Positions 53,167 to 62,902 of a stretch of DNA of 64,000 nt are shown in pieces. The notes under the pieces are model-generated. The model saw only the letters and a program-made list of their open reading frames with translations. It ran no database searches and was not told the origin of the DNA. The stretch spans positions 3,936,001 to 4,000,000 of the forward strand of contig OY781964.1 of the NCBI GenBank assembly GCA_963677485.1. The letters are read 5' to 3'. How positions within the stretch are numbered: position 1 is the stretch's first letter; each line of letters opens with the position of its first letter. Position numbers and translations under genes: made by a program. Source of the stretch: Armatimonadota bacterium. Lineage in GTDB: Bacteria > Armatimonadota > HRBIN16.

Positions 53167-53276
53167 GAATGCGCACTGGCTTATTGGTATAAGCGATCAG
53201 TGATTTGCCACCTGCCAATTAATGATTTGATGTCAATCGGCTTAATTTTCGGTATGCTAACACTGACGTATACGAG

Positions 53277-54809
53277 GTGATCCATATGACGAACCGAAAC
53301 AAGAATATCTATGTGCTTATGAGATTTGTAGGCATGATATGCCTGGGCATGGTTTTGTTCGCCGTGTCAGGTGCCAACTGCAAGGAGATGAAGGTGGAGA
53401 AAAGCAAGATAGTAACCAGCGAAACAGGTTTTGAAGGAGCCGTCACCGTCGCCAATGAGCAGGTGACCGATGGATTGATCAGTGTGACAGTAAATGTGCC
53501 CTACATTGATATCTACGGCAAACCCAAGATGGGGAAGGCGCGGTTGTTCATGCGCGAAGACAAGTATAAGCCCGGTGCGAAGCTCCCGCTGGTCAGCATA
53601 GCCCATTACGAAACCGACCTGGGCACTGCCCGAGCGGTTTGTGATGCGGGATGGGCTGCGGTGACACCCCACTACGGCAATGTAGCGGATGGGGAATATC
53701 CTTTGGAGTTCTGTGCCGGTGACAGCGTGAACCTGGCCAAGGCGATCAACCAGTGGGCGCGGCGGCTGCCGTTTATTGACCGAAACCATATGCATATCTA
53801 CGGTGGCAGTGCGGGCGGATATATGACACTTGCCATGTGCGCTGAGTGCTTCCCTGTGTCGTCAGCCTATGCGGGGATGCCTTTGTTTAACTTAGCATAT
53901 AACGTGAATTATCTGCACACGAACAGTAAATACACAGAGATGATGACCAGCGACGGTAAAGACAGAATTTTGCCGGTGATCGCGGTTGTGGTGCCTATTG
54001 CGGACCAGGCTTGTGCGATCTACGGCGATAATCTGGCCGACGACAAGTGGTATTATCTCAGCCCGCTGTCTTATCTGGACCGCATCACCTGTCCGATCGT
54101 GGTGACGGGGGCCACAGGCGATACGCTGTGCCCATCTACACAATTGACCGCCCAGCATGTGACTTCACCGGACGGGCAGGGCTTCCCTGAAGGCTTTTCG
54201 ATGGACTTCAACAGCCTGACCAAAGTCGACCTGGCCCGAAAAAGGCTGGACGAGGTGATCCCGGCTGATAGTCTGAAGATGATCGTATTACCTAAACCAG
54301 CCGATGCCGTTGAAATGGGATATAAGCAAGTGATTGGTGGGGAGCCAGCGCCGCCAGAAGTGGCCATGATGAAGCTGGTAGAGATTCCGTGGAGCAAAGA
54401 TAAACAATGGACGCTGTTGCTTCATGATGAAGGAGCACCGGCACCCTATTCTGGGCACTTCCGGTATTTCTGGAACGAGGCATCCGCTTGGGGCTTCGCC
54501 GCGCTTCATCAAACCGAAACGCCATCGCCTGCCATTCTCAATGCGGCGAAACTGGCGCGGCTGATGGACCGGTATATGGGAATCTCAGACCGCCAGGTCA
54601 CGCTGGCCGACGGCTCACCTCTGCATCGCCTGAACTATGAGGGCATCGAAAAGCTGGATGTGGTGACCGGCCTGCTAGACTACGCCGACATGGGAGCTGC
54701 CCATCTGGCGCGTTTGAAAGAGCTATATAAGGCTTCCGCCACGCAGCCGTTTGGTCCCAGCCTGGAGCGAGAGGAGTTGGTGAAGATGCGCGAGGAGTTG
54801 CTTCGGTAG
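53277..54809 (+). CDS. Secreted alpha/beta-hydrolase fold protein
   Basis: IDRNHMHIYGGSAGGY nucleophile elbow, SPL..LDRITCPIV...ATGDTL; N-terminal hydrophobic segment; start may be 53286 or 53319. Confidence 0.75.
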   Translation: MIHMTNRNKNIYVLMRFVGMICLGMVLFAVSGANCKEMKVEKSKIVTSETGFEGAVTVANEQVTDGLISVTVNVPYIDIYGKPKMGKARLFMREDKYKPGAKLPLVSIAHYETDLGTARAVCDAGWAAVTPHYGNVADGEYPLEFCAGDSVNLAKAINQWARRLPFIDRNHMHIYGGSAGGYMTLAMCAECFPVSSAYAGMPLFNLAYNVNYLHTNSKYTEMMTSDGKDRILPVIAVVVPIADQACAIYGDNLADDKWYYLSPLSYLDRITCPIVVTGATGDTLCPSTQLTAQHVTSPDGQGFPEGFSMDFNSLTKVDLARKRLDEVIPADSLKMIVLPKPADAVEMGYKQVIGGEPAPPEVAMMKLVEIPWSKDKQWTLLLHDEGAPAPYSGHFRYFWNEASAWGFAALHQTETPSPAILNAAKLARLMDRYMGISDRQVTLADGSPLHRLNYEGIEKLDVVTGLLDYADMGAAHLARLKELYKASATQPFGPSLEREELVKMREELLR

Positions 54810-54868
54810 GGGCGGGGTCACCCCGCCCTGGTGTAGGGTGCCGTAGGGGCAGGCTCCCGTGCCTGCCC
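54806..54868 (+). repeat. Two tandem GTAG-family REP-like palindromes
   Basis: GTAG-GGGCGGGG-TCA-CCCCGCCC (54806-54828) and GTAG-GGGCAGGC-TCCCGT-GCCTGCCC (54843-54868). Confidence 0.75.
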
Positions 54869-54962
54869 TGATGTAGGTGGCACCCCCCCGTATTGTCTGA
54901 ACCACGGATTACGTGGATTTGTAAGATGACACGGATGGGGAGGGACCGGGCAGATCGCCCCT

Positions 54963-55045
54963 GGGAACGCCAATCTCCCGATTGGCTTCTCCCTCTCCCA
55001 TCCGCATATTTTCGGTTTGGGCACGGCACGCCATGCCCCTTGTAC
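54963..55045. repeat. Further REP-like palindromes
   Basis: GCCAATC-TCCC-GATTGGC and GGGCACGGC-AC-GCCATGCCC followed by CTTGTAC. Confidence 0.55.
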
Positions 55046-55050
55046 GAGCT

Positions 55051-55968
55051 TCACCCCAACAGCAGGCTGTCCAGCGCCTCGGCCAGTGCCTCCGGTGTGG
55101 CTTTGCTGACTACATAGGCGTGCTTACCATCGGCATCTGGCTGCCAGGTCGATACCCCGCGGTCGTCGATGGTGAGCGTGCCCCAGGCGGACTGGCCCAC
55201 CAGCTCGCTTTCGCCGCGTACCGCATAGAGCACCGTGACCAAATCCCATGACGAGCGGCCACCCTCGCCGATATACAGCCTGTAGGCCAGCGGCAGGGGA
55301 TGCTCCTCAGGATACTCGCTCAGATTGGCGCAGGTGATCACCGTATCACCCATCTCGTATCCGCAGAAAATCACCGGCACGGGCGATCGGTTCACCACAA
55401 CCTGGGCGGCTTTGATGTCCATCTCCACATTCCACTCGGCAAACTGCACGCCGTGTTTCGTGGGGTCAAAACAACCCGCCATGCACACGATCTTGCTCAC
55501 CTTCTGCGCCACCAGCTCCACACCGGAGAGGGGACTGAACTCATCGCCTGGTGAGAGCAGCAGCTCACCGATGTTGTTCAGCGGGCCGATGGTGACAAGC
55601 ACCACGCTGCCGGCTTCCGCGGAGGCCAGACTCTGGCGCAGCACAGGCAGGGCGAACGGAAAGTCGATTTGCTCATCGCCCAGGAAGCGTTCAGAGACGG
55701 CACGATTGTATTTCTGGTGCAGCTCCTCCGACAGGAAATCGGGTCGCGGACACTGACCGACCGGCACCGGATAACCATAGTAGCGGTTGATCACCTCAGC
55801 GCATCGCGGTCCCCAGTGGTAGGAGGCGCAGCAGGTGATGGCCAGAATCTCGGCCTCCTGCATCTTCCGCAACTGGTGCAGTACGCAGACCGCGCCCACA
55901 TCATCGCAATCGGGCCCGATGTCCGTGTCGACGATGACCACTGGTTTTTTGTTGAGTTCGTTTGACAT
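55051..55968 (-). CDS. Cytoplasmic nucleoside hydrolase-like protein (IU-NH fold, DxDxxxDxDD variant)
   Basis: VIVDTDIGPDCDDVGA, TIGPLNNI, MAG, AEWN, RSSWDLVTVL; GGGAG RBS before ATG 55968. Confidence 0.87.
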   Translation of the reverse strand: MSNELNKKPVVIVDTDIGPDCDDVGAVCVLHQLRKMQEAEILAITCCASYHWGPRCAEVINRYYGYPVPVGQCPRPDFLSEELHQKYNRAVSERFLGDEQIDFPFALPVLRQSLASAEAGSVVLVTIGPLNNIGELLLSPGDEFSPLSGVELVAQKVSKIVCMAGCFDPTKHGVQFAEWNVEMDIKAAQVVVNRSPVPVIFCGYEMGDTVITCANLSEYPEEHPLPLAYRLYIGEGGRSSWDLVTVLYAVRGESELVGQSAWGTLTIDDRGVSTWQPDADGKHAYVVSKATPEALAEALDSLLLG

Positions 55969-56157
55969 TTTTGCGTGCTCTCCCTGGTTTGTTGTTTCAC
56001 CCGGTAGAGTATAGAGCATTTGGGCTGTTGAGGCAACGGGCGGGAGTGAGCGAACCACCGATGGCGCGGAGGTGACTTGGATACGGCGTTTTGCAACTCT
56101 CCGGTATGCTATAAGGAGTATTTGACGGTCGTCTTGCTTCAAATCTGGGGGAAATCC

Positions 56158-58746
56158 ATGCGTCACGCCATTCTGTTTGTCGTTATTATGTGCGTCGGCT
56201 TGATGAGCTCTGCGCGTGCCGGAGCACCGCCCGACATTTGGATTGAGGCGGAAAGCTGCGTCGACCACAATTGGCAAGGGCCAGCCGATTTTCCCGGAGT
56301 TGTAAGCGGCGAGAAGATACTACGTCTCTGGAGCGATATTGATCCTGGGCCGGAGGGGTACCATGCCCGGTTGCCGTTCCAGACGGATCGGGCGGGGAAG
56401 TATTACCTGTGGGTGGGCGTATCCGTCAATAGTGTGTCGCCGTTTAGCTGGAGTATCGATGACGGACCATGGTACAGCAGCGAAGAAATCCCGGATGGAG
56501 ATGTCGGTAATATCTACGGGGTCTCAGATTGCATGGTGTGGGTGCGACTGGGTGCCGCCACGCTAAAACCAGGACATCATTCCCTCACACTCAAGGTCAC
56601 AAACCGACGTATAATCTATATTCTTCCAGAAAAGTACCTGCTGTATATGGATGCGGTGCTCGTTACGGCACGAGACGTGCGGCCCGATGGGTTGGTCACG
56701 CCAGCGGAGTTGCCGCGTTTGAAACCCATGGCAAAGCTGAAAACAGAAAAGATCGTGCCGGCCAAGCGTGCCATGAAACCTGGTCCGCCGATGTTGCTGG
56801 GTTCGGAAGCCGGACAAGCCCGAATGAACCGAATGCTGGCCTCGTTGGGGTTCAATTGTCTTCAGACAGACGACGACCACCTCACCGTCAACGAGCTGGC
56901 GCCCGGCAACTGGGATTGGAGCGCCGGTGATGCGGGGTTGGCAGCGGCACAAGCCGCAGGGGTGGCATGGCAGTACTTCCCGCATTTTCACTGGGCACCC
57001 GACTGGCTTGCGAAGACGGACCGGTTCGTGCCATCCGTGGGGTTGAATACCGGACGGAAGTTACGGGCTATGTCCATCTGGGACCCCAATTTGCCGGAAT
57101 GGTATGAGCATTGTTACGGCGCATTGGCTGCACATTACGGCACCAAGATTGCGTCTATCTACCTGGCGATCTATGGCGACTTCGGCGAGGCCACCTTCCC
57201 ACTGGGGCTGCACCCTATTGAGAAGAAGAAGTTCGGTGATAATGGTTCGGCCTGCCCGGACTACTGGTGCGGCGACGAGTGTGCGCGGACGTCATTCCGT
57301 GACTGGGCACGGCGTAAATACACCACGCTTTCATCCTTGGGCGCGGCATGGGGTATATCGCCCGGGAGTTGGGGTGAGGTGAGTTATCCGCAGCAGACGG
57401 TCTTTCCTTACCAGGCGATCAAATGGCCTGAACAGATGACTGTGCCTGAGCGTCGATACTGGCTGGACTTTCTGACGTGGTACCACGATTCTTTGACCGC
57501 ACATGCGGCCATGGTTGCGCGGACAGCACGCAGGCACTTTCCGAAGGCGCGGCTGGTGCTGCCGGTCGGCAACGGCGAAGAACAGGTGGTCACCGGTGCC
57601 GATCTTTCGGCACTGGTGAAGATTTGCCGTGAGACCGGTGCCGAAATACGATCGACCCATGGTGGCGTGTATCCGGTGCCAACCAACTTGTCATCCTTGT
57701 TGCGCCGGCTGGCCAGCGCATCGCAGCTCTACGGAGTTCCGTTCTGGTCGGAGCCTCCGGGTGGGATGGGCACTAACCAGATGGTTGGACGTATCTTCGA
57801 GTCGCTTTCTTGCCGGGCGAGCGGCTTCTATGACTTTTTCGCCGATCCGGTCGGCAACGCCAAGGTGTTCCGAAAATACAAGCAGTTCATGACCCGTGAA
57901 GAGACTGTGTGCGATGTGGCGATGCTGTTCCCGTCAACAGACCATATGCTGCGGTCGATGGTGGGATACCCGACGGGGCTGCTCAAAATGGGCCCCATGC
58001 TGCGCAGCACGATGGACTTCGACATCATCGACGAGCGGATGATTTCGGATGGTGCGCTGAAGTCGATTCGTGTGCTGATCTCCACTGATGGGGCATTTTT
58101 CGAACCTGAGACACTGACGCGTATCGAAGCGTGGTTGAGGGACGGTGGAGTGCTGGTACGAGGGGCTGTGCCGATGATGACCATCGAAGGCGACACCACG
58201 GTCTGGAACCGGATATCCGGCATGAGCAGCAACACCGCCGCCGCCCTGAAGAACGAACCCGCGGCCGACGACTGGTCATCCGGTATGATCAGCGAATCCA
58301 CGGCTCCGGGTAATGCTGAGATTGTGAATGGTGCCTTTCTTGGCTACACAGCGGAGGCCATCGCGGAGCGAAAAATCACCGGCTGCGACGATGTTTCCTT
58401 CGCCGCGAAGGAGCTGGCAACCGCGGGCGGGAAACCGGCTATCTGGGCGCGGCGCGTGGGCAGGGGATGGAGCATCATCTGTGCGGGAGGTCCACAGGAT
58501 GCACTCACCTTCAGGTCCGTGGTGCGCGATGCCGTTTATCGCCTGTCGGCGTTGGACCCGACAAAGAAGGACGCCCAGGAGTTGACACCTTCCGCCGCCT
58601 GGGGCAACTTATATACCCTGCTGCTCAAGTCCGGCGAGGTTATTGCTTACAACCACGGCGACACACCGGTGCGCTCCGCAATCGTGGGACGCGAGGTCAC
58701 GGTGGCCCCGCATTCGCTAGTGAGCGTCGGGCCAGTCATGAAGTGA
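56158..58746 (+). CDS. Secreted glycoside hydrolase, GH42/GH14-like barrel with N-terminal CBM-like and C-terminal GATase-like domains
   Basis: Signal peptide, IWIEAES, GNWDWS..D, P.WL, GDFGEA, RRYWLDFLTWY, FWSEP. Confidence 0.72.
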   Translation: MRHAILFVVIMCVGLMSSARAGAPPDIWIEAESCVDHNWQGPADFPGVVSGEKILRLWSDIDPGPEGYHARLPFQTDRAGKYYLWVGVSVNSVSPFSWSIDDGPWYSSEEIPDGDVGNIYGVSDCMVWVRLGAATLKPGHHSLTLKVTNRRIIYILPEKYLLYMDAVLVTARDVRPDGLVTPAELPRLKPMAKLKTEKIVPAKRAMKPGPPMLLGSEAGQARMNRMLASLGFNCLQTDDDHLTVNELAPGNWDWSAGDAGLAAAQAAGVAWQYFPHFHWAPDWLAKTDRFVPSVGLNTGRKLRAMSIWDPNLPEWYEHCYGALAAHYGTKIASIYLAIYGDFGEATFPLGLHPIEKKKFGDNGSACPDYWCGDECARTSFRDWARRKYTTLSSLGAAWGISPGSWGEVSYPQQTVFPYQAIKWPEQMTVPERRYWLDFLTWYHDSLTAHAAMVARTARRHFPKARLVLPVGNGEEQVVTGADLSALVKICRETGAEIRSTHGGVYPVPTNLSSLLRRLASASQLYGVPFWSEPPGGMGTNQMVGRIFESLSCRASGFYDFFADPVGNAKVFRKYKQFMTREETVCDVAMLFPSTDHMLRSMVGYPTGLLKMGPMLRSTMDFDIIDERMISDGALKSIRVLISTDGAFFEPETLTRIEAWLRDGGVLVRGAVPMMTIEGDTTVWNRISGMSSNTAAALKNEPAADDWSSGMISESTAPGNAEIVNGAFLGYTAEAIAERKITGCDDVSFAAKELATAGGKPAIWARRVGRGWSIICAGGPQDALTFRSVVRDAVYRLSALDPTKKDAQELTPSAAWGNLYTLLLKSGEVIAYNHGDTPVRSAIVGREVTVAPHSLVSVGPVMK

Positions 58747-58766
58747 TGATGTGAGGACAGCCCATT

Positions 58767-58835
58767 GATATCCTGCGATTGGATGTGCAAAAACTGCTTT
58801 GCCGATTACCGCTTCGCGGCCATTTGCGGGATATC
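58767..58835. other. Imperfect 16-bp inverted repeat between convergent genes
   Basis: GATATCCTGCGATTGG / CCATTTGCGGGATATC. Confidence 0.35.
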
Positions 58836-58898
58836 CGAGTCGGTCAGAAGGCACTCCTTAACTTGCGGACCTTCAAACAACAGCATGGCAAGGCTCCG

Positions 58899-61800
58899 TC
58901 ACTGGCCCAATAACAACCCGTCCATTAGCTTAGCCAGCTCTTCGGGTGTGCGTTTGTTCACCACATAGGCGTGCCGTCCGGTGCTAGATTTGCTCCATCG
59001 GGAAACACCCTTGTCATCGATGGTGATAGTGCCCCATTCAGACTGGCTCATCGCGCTGCCCTGAGCACCCAGGGCATACATAACGGTGATGGGATCCCAC
59101 GACGACCGTCCATTCTCGCCGATATACAGCCGGTAGGCCATCGGCAGAGGGTGGTTCGCTGGATATTTCGCCAGGTTGGTGCATGTGATCACACGGTCAC
59201 CCACCTCATAGCCACAGAAGATGACTGGCACAGGTGAGTCGTTCACCACGGTCTGAGCGGCCTTTATGTCCTGCTGCACATTCCATTCCGCAAATTCTGG
59301 CCCCATATAAGCAGGATCGAAGCAGCCAGCCATGCAGACGATGCGTGCCACTTTCGCTGCCACGAGTGCTCGCCCGGATTTAGGGCTGATGGCATCGGCA
59401 GGAGAGAGCAACAGATCGGCTATGTTGTTCAACGGGCCGACTGATACCAGCACCACACTGCCGTCCTCCGAGGAGACCAGGCTGCTGCGTAACATATCGA
59501 GTGCTCTGCGAAAAGCGATGGGTTCGTCCCCAAGGAACCGCTCGGATACGGCACGGTTATACTTTTGGTGAATCTCATCGTCTAAAAATCCGGGCTTTGG
59601 GTAGGCACCCACTGCTACCGGTGAACCGCCAAAATATCTGTTGATCGCCTCCAGGCAACGCGGACCCCATTGGCTGGAAGTGCAGCAGGTGATGGCAAGT
59701 ATTTCGGCTTTGTGCGATCTTCGTAGCTCGTGTAACAGGCTGACCGCTCCCACATCATCGCAATCGGGGCCGATGTCTGTATCTAGTATTACCTTGGGTG
59801 TGCCAGTATACTTCGTTTGTACAACAGAAGAAGCGGGTTTCATCGCTTTTTGAACAGCCACCGGCTTGGCGGGAGCTGTCATAACGGCTGCCAACTGCTG
59901 GATTTCCGCATCAGTCAGCAACCGGTCATACACGCGCAGCCCCTTCAGCCCGCCGTTAGCTCCGCCGAGGGTGAACCGTGGCCGCACGGGTTCCAGGCTC
60001 TTGCAGCCGGCCTTCTCGAACATCCCATTGATGTACAGCGTGGGCTGACCGTTGCGGAACTGTACGCTGATATGGTTCCAGCCGGACAGGGCGTGTTCAG
60101 TGACCAGCAGCGAGGGCAGCCCACCCGCTTTGGCCGCGCAAACGCTGACGCCGTTTGTACCCACCGCGATGCCTATACCTGCAGACTTGCCATCTGCTTT
60201 ACCGTCCAGGCTGACGGGGGCCAGCGCGAAGGGTAGTCGGCGCGTGCCTGCGGTCTTGCCGAAGCTCCAGGCCACATTCGGGTTCTCTCCGCCGCTGGCA
60301 AGCTGCATCAGCTCGGTCGTAGAAAGGGCCCGCGGGTAGACTCGCACATCATCCAGTTGGCCCTTGTACCAGCCGTATCCGCCCATCGCGCCGCCCAGCC
60401 GGTTGAAATAGGGGTGTACGGTTTTTGTGCTCTTCAGCCCCACCTTCACCAGCGTGCCGTTGATGTAGAGGCTCGGTTTCTTCTTGTTGTAGACCAGCGT
60501 GATGAGGTTCCAGCCTGTGAGGGGACGGTCGGCGACGAGAGGCGAGGGCAGGTGGTTGTCAGCCAGCTCGAACACCGTCACACCGTTGGTGCCCACCGAA
60601 AGGCCGATGCCGGCTTCACCGCTGGAGCCGCCGAACTGGCTGGGTGCCAGCGCGTATCGCTGCTCCGAGAGGCCTGTGGCGCCGGTGCGCACCTCCGGTG
60701 TGGAGGCGCGGGTGGCCTCAGGTGCCGCCCAGAAGGAGACGGTGAAGGTGTCGGCGATCGACGACAGGCTTCCGCTGTTGAGCGTGACGTAGTCGGTGCT
60801 GCCGTTGAAGCTCAGCGCCTTGCCGAACTTGCCTTCGGTCCACGTGCAGCCGGTCAGCGTGCCTGGGTTGCCGCCGACCGAATCGGCCACTGCGATGCCT
60901 ACCGCTTCGTTCAGCTTCCACCAGGCGATACCAGATCCGCCGATACCATACTCGGTTTCGACGGTGGCGGTGCGTTTGGTCAGCGGCTTCGCCCAAAAGG
61001 CGACGGTGAAGTTGCCCTTCAACTTGGCCAGTTTGGATGATAGCGCAGGTGAGGAGCCTGGTTTCCATGTGGCGACAGGTGGGCCGCCTTCTGGTTTGCG
61101 CATCTCCACCACCAGCGAGTTGACATAGCTAGGGTAGCGGCTACTAATGAACGCCTTGGCATTCAACGCGCCGGATCGTGTTATCGCGATAGGCTTGGAA
61201 TACACACGGCTTTTCTGGGTGGGCAGGCTGCCGTCCAACATGTAGTAGATTATGGCACCAGGTGTGGCACTTGCTAGCGTGAATATCCGTGCGCCGGCCT
61301 TGTTTTCGATGCGCGTCACCATGGGCATGGCGGCGAACCTACCGTTCGCGATCTGCTGGTTGTTGCGGAAGGTGAACCACTCCGGCTGCTCTTCGAATGC
61401 GCGTTTGCCAGGCCTCGAGAAGAAGGTATTGTTGCTGAAGGTACCGCTGCCTTTGTTGGATTTGTTGATGTTCATCTCCACGTTCCATCTGGGGCTGAAG
61501 CGCACGTTTCCGCGGAATATGTTGTTGTCAAACAGTATATTGTTGTGGGTATAGTTGCCCATGAATAAAACCGACTCACCAGATGAGTTGTGCACATGGT
61601 TGTTTTGGAAAGTGACATCATCGGTGGGGCATTCGAAGTCATATGCGCAGCCGTCGGGTGAGCCGGGGTAGTCGCCCGCCCAGCCGAATTCGTTGTTGGT
61701 CACCTCGTTGCGGACGCCATCGCCGCCCTTCAGGTAGCCGGTGAGAACCTGCGTGTTGCCCAGCGGGAAGTAGGTCCATGGGTAGTTATACACAAACACG

Positions 61801-62585
61801 CTGTTGATGATGTCCTGGTTCTTGCCCCAGGTTTGGTAGACTTGGTTCCAACTGCCGTGGCTGATAGTGTTGCCGTCGAACAGCAGGTTGTTGGTAGAAC
61901 CGCCACGGGTGGGGTCACTGTTACTGCCGTGCAGGTCGGTCGAAAAGCACTGGGTTCTCAGCCCGATGCAGTTCTTTACCGTGACATTGTCCACCTGAGC
62001 GTTGATATCCCACCAGATCGCCTTGCCAGCGCGGTTATACATGCCCATTGGGTCGATCTGGGCGGCTGGCGGGCAGAGCGGGTCGTCTATATCATGGATG
62101 AACAGGTTTTCAAAGCGCAGGGTGTCGTAGACCCGCCGTTCGCGGTCGTCATACCGGATGTGGATGCCCGTCCAAGCGTAACCCAGTTCCAAATCGCGTA
62201 TGACAAAACCTGCGGAGTTATGGATGAAGATGCAGACCTGGTTCTTGCCCAGCGTGCGCTTGATATATGGCCGCTCACCCTTGCCGTAGGATGTGATGGT
62301 GATCGGGCTGCTTGGGGTGCCGTCACCGCGGAGAGTCAGCGTCTCATCCCAGATGTCGCCCGCTTTCAGCAGCAGCTTCTCGCCAGGCTGCCATGTCCTC
62401 GCCGAGGCGTTTGCCAGGCTCTTCCATGGGCCGTGGGTGCCGTTCCAGGCCGGAGCTAGCCCGTCATAACGGTCATGGCCGGACGACTGGCTTACGTAAT
62501 ATACCGTCCCAGCGAAGGATGCGATGGGGGCTATGAGCACACATAGGGTCATTATCGCGAATCCGAGCAGTAGCGTCTTCTTCAT
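58899..62585 (-). CDS. Secreted multidomain protein: right-handed beta-helix + CHB_HEX_C/Fn3-like + two LamG domains + nucleoside hydrolase domain
   Basis: YYVSQSSGHD..DGL...PWKSL, PGEKLLLKAG; TPGAIIYYMLDGSLPT..S.VY; WKLNE...GKALSFNG...LDDVRVYPRALS; ILDTDIGPDCDD; AAAGGA RBS. Confidence 0.85.
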   Translation of the reverse strand: MKKTLLLGFAIMTLCVLIAPIASFAGTVYYVSQSSGHDRYDGLAPAWNGTHGPWKSLANASARTWQPGEKLLLKAGDIWDETLTLRGDGTPSSPITITSYGKGERPYIKRTLGKNQVCIFIHNSAGFVIRDLELGYAWTGIHIRYDDRERRVYDTLRFENLFIHDIDDPLCPPAAQIDPMGMYNRAGKAIWWDINAQVDNVTVKNCIGLRTQCFSTDLHGSNSDPTRGGSTNNLLFDGNTISHGSWNQVYQTWGKNQDIINSVFVYNYPWTYFPLGNTQVLTGYLKGGDGVRNEVTNNEFGWAGDYPGSPDGCAYDFECPTDDVTFQNNHVHNSSGESVLFMGNYTHNNILFDNNIFRGNVRFSPRWNVEMNINKSNKGSGTFSNNTFFSRPGKRAFEEQPEWFTFRNNQQIANGRFAAMPMVTRIENKAGARIFTLASATPGAIIYYMLDGSLPTQKSRVYSKPIAITRSGALNAKAFISSRYPSYVNSLVVEMRKPEGGPPVATWKPGSSPALSSKLAKLKGNFTVAFWAKPLTKRTATVETEYGIGGSGIAWWKLNEAVGIAVADSVGGNPGTLTGCTWTEGKFGKALSFNGSTDYVTLNSGSLSSIADTFTVSFWAAPEATRASTPEVRTGATGLSEQRYALAPSQFGGSSGEAGIGLSVGTNGVTVFELADNHLPSPLVADRPLTGWNLITLVYNKKKPSLYINGTLVKVGLKSTKTVHPYFNRLGGAMGGYGWYKGQLDDVRVYPRALSTTELMQLASGGENPNVAWSFGKTAGTRRLPFALAPVSLDGKADGKSAGIGIAVGTNGVSVCAAKAGGLPSLLVTEHALSGWNHISVQFRNGQPTLYINGMFEKAGCKSLEPVRPRFTLGGANGGLKGLRVYDRLLTDAEIQQLAAVMTAPAKPVAVQKAMKPASSVVQTKYTGTPKVILDTDIGPDCDDVGAVSLLHELRRSHKAEILAITCCTSSQWGPRCLEAINRYFGGSPVAVGAYPKPGFLDDEIHQKYNRAVSERFLGDEPIAFRRALDMLRSSLVSSEDGSVVLVSVGPLNNIADLLLSPADAISPKSGRALVAAKVARIVCMAGCFDPAYMGPEFAEWNVQQDIKAAQTVVNDSPVPVIFCGYEVGDRVITCTNLAKYPANHPLPMAYRLYIGENGRSSWDPITVMYALGAQGSAMSQSEWGTITIDDKGVSRWSKSSTGRHAYVVNKRTPEELAKLMDGLLLGQ

Positions 62586-62603
62586 ATCAGTTCCTTTGGT
62601 TCG

Positions 62604-62870
62604 TTAGTGGCCGTCCAGGTTCTTGATGATTCCCAGCGCGATGTCCGATAGAGCCCGGTGGACGGGTACTTCGCTGAACCCTTGATCGGTGTACCATTGG
62701 GCAATGGCATGAGCACTCCCTGCGCAGTCTTGAAAGCCCATGTGACTGTCAGAAAGAGTGTCAAATATCCGGCTGAGGTGGTCCGTGATGAAACCCGGTA
62801 CGATGTCGTCGGAATAAACTTCAGCCAGCACACTGGCAGCTTGTGATAGTATCGCGGCTCTGCTCTCCAT
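62604..62870 (-). CDS. Small acidic helical hypothetical protein (88 aa), candidate immunity or partner protein
   Basis: AAGGAG RBS before MESRAA; fills the gap between co-oriented genes (32 and 18 nt spacers). Confidence 0.65.
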   Translation of the reverse strand: MESRAAILSQAASVLAEVYSDDIVPGFITDHLSRIFDTLSDSHMGFQDCAGSAHAIAQWYTDQGFSEVPVHRALSDIALGIIKNLDGH

Positions 62871-62902
62871 GATGATGCTCCTTTTTTTATGATGCCATGA
62901 GG

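Noticed and set aside
55969-56277. N-terminal extension of the 408-aa nucleoside hydrolase ORF
   Set aside because: Overlaps the divergent gene at 56158; a good RBS supports ATG 55968
62582-62833. Alternative 83-aa minus-strand ORF
   Set aside because: Overlaps 62604..62870, which has the stronger RBS and more protein-like composition
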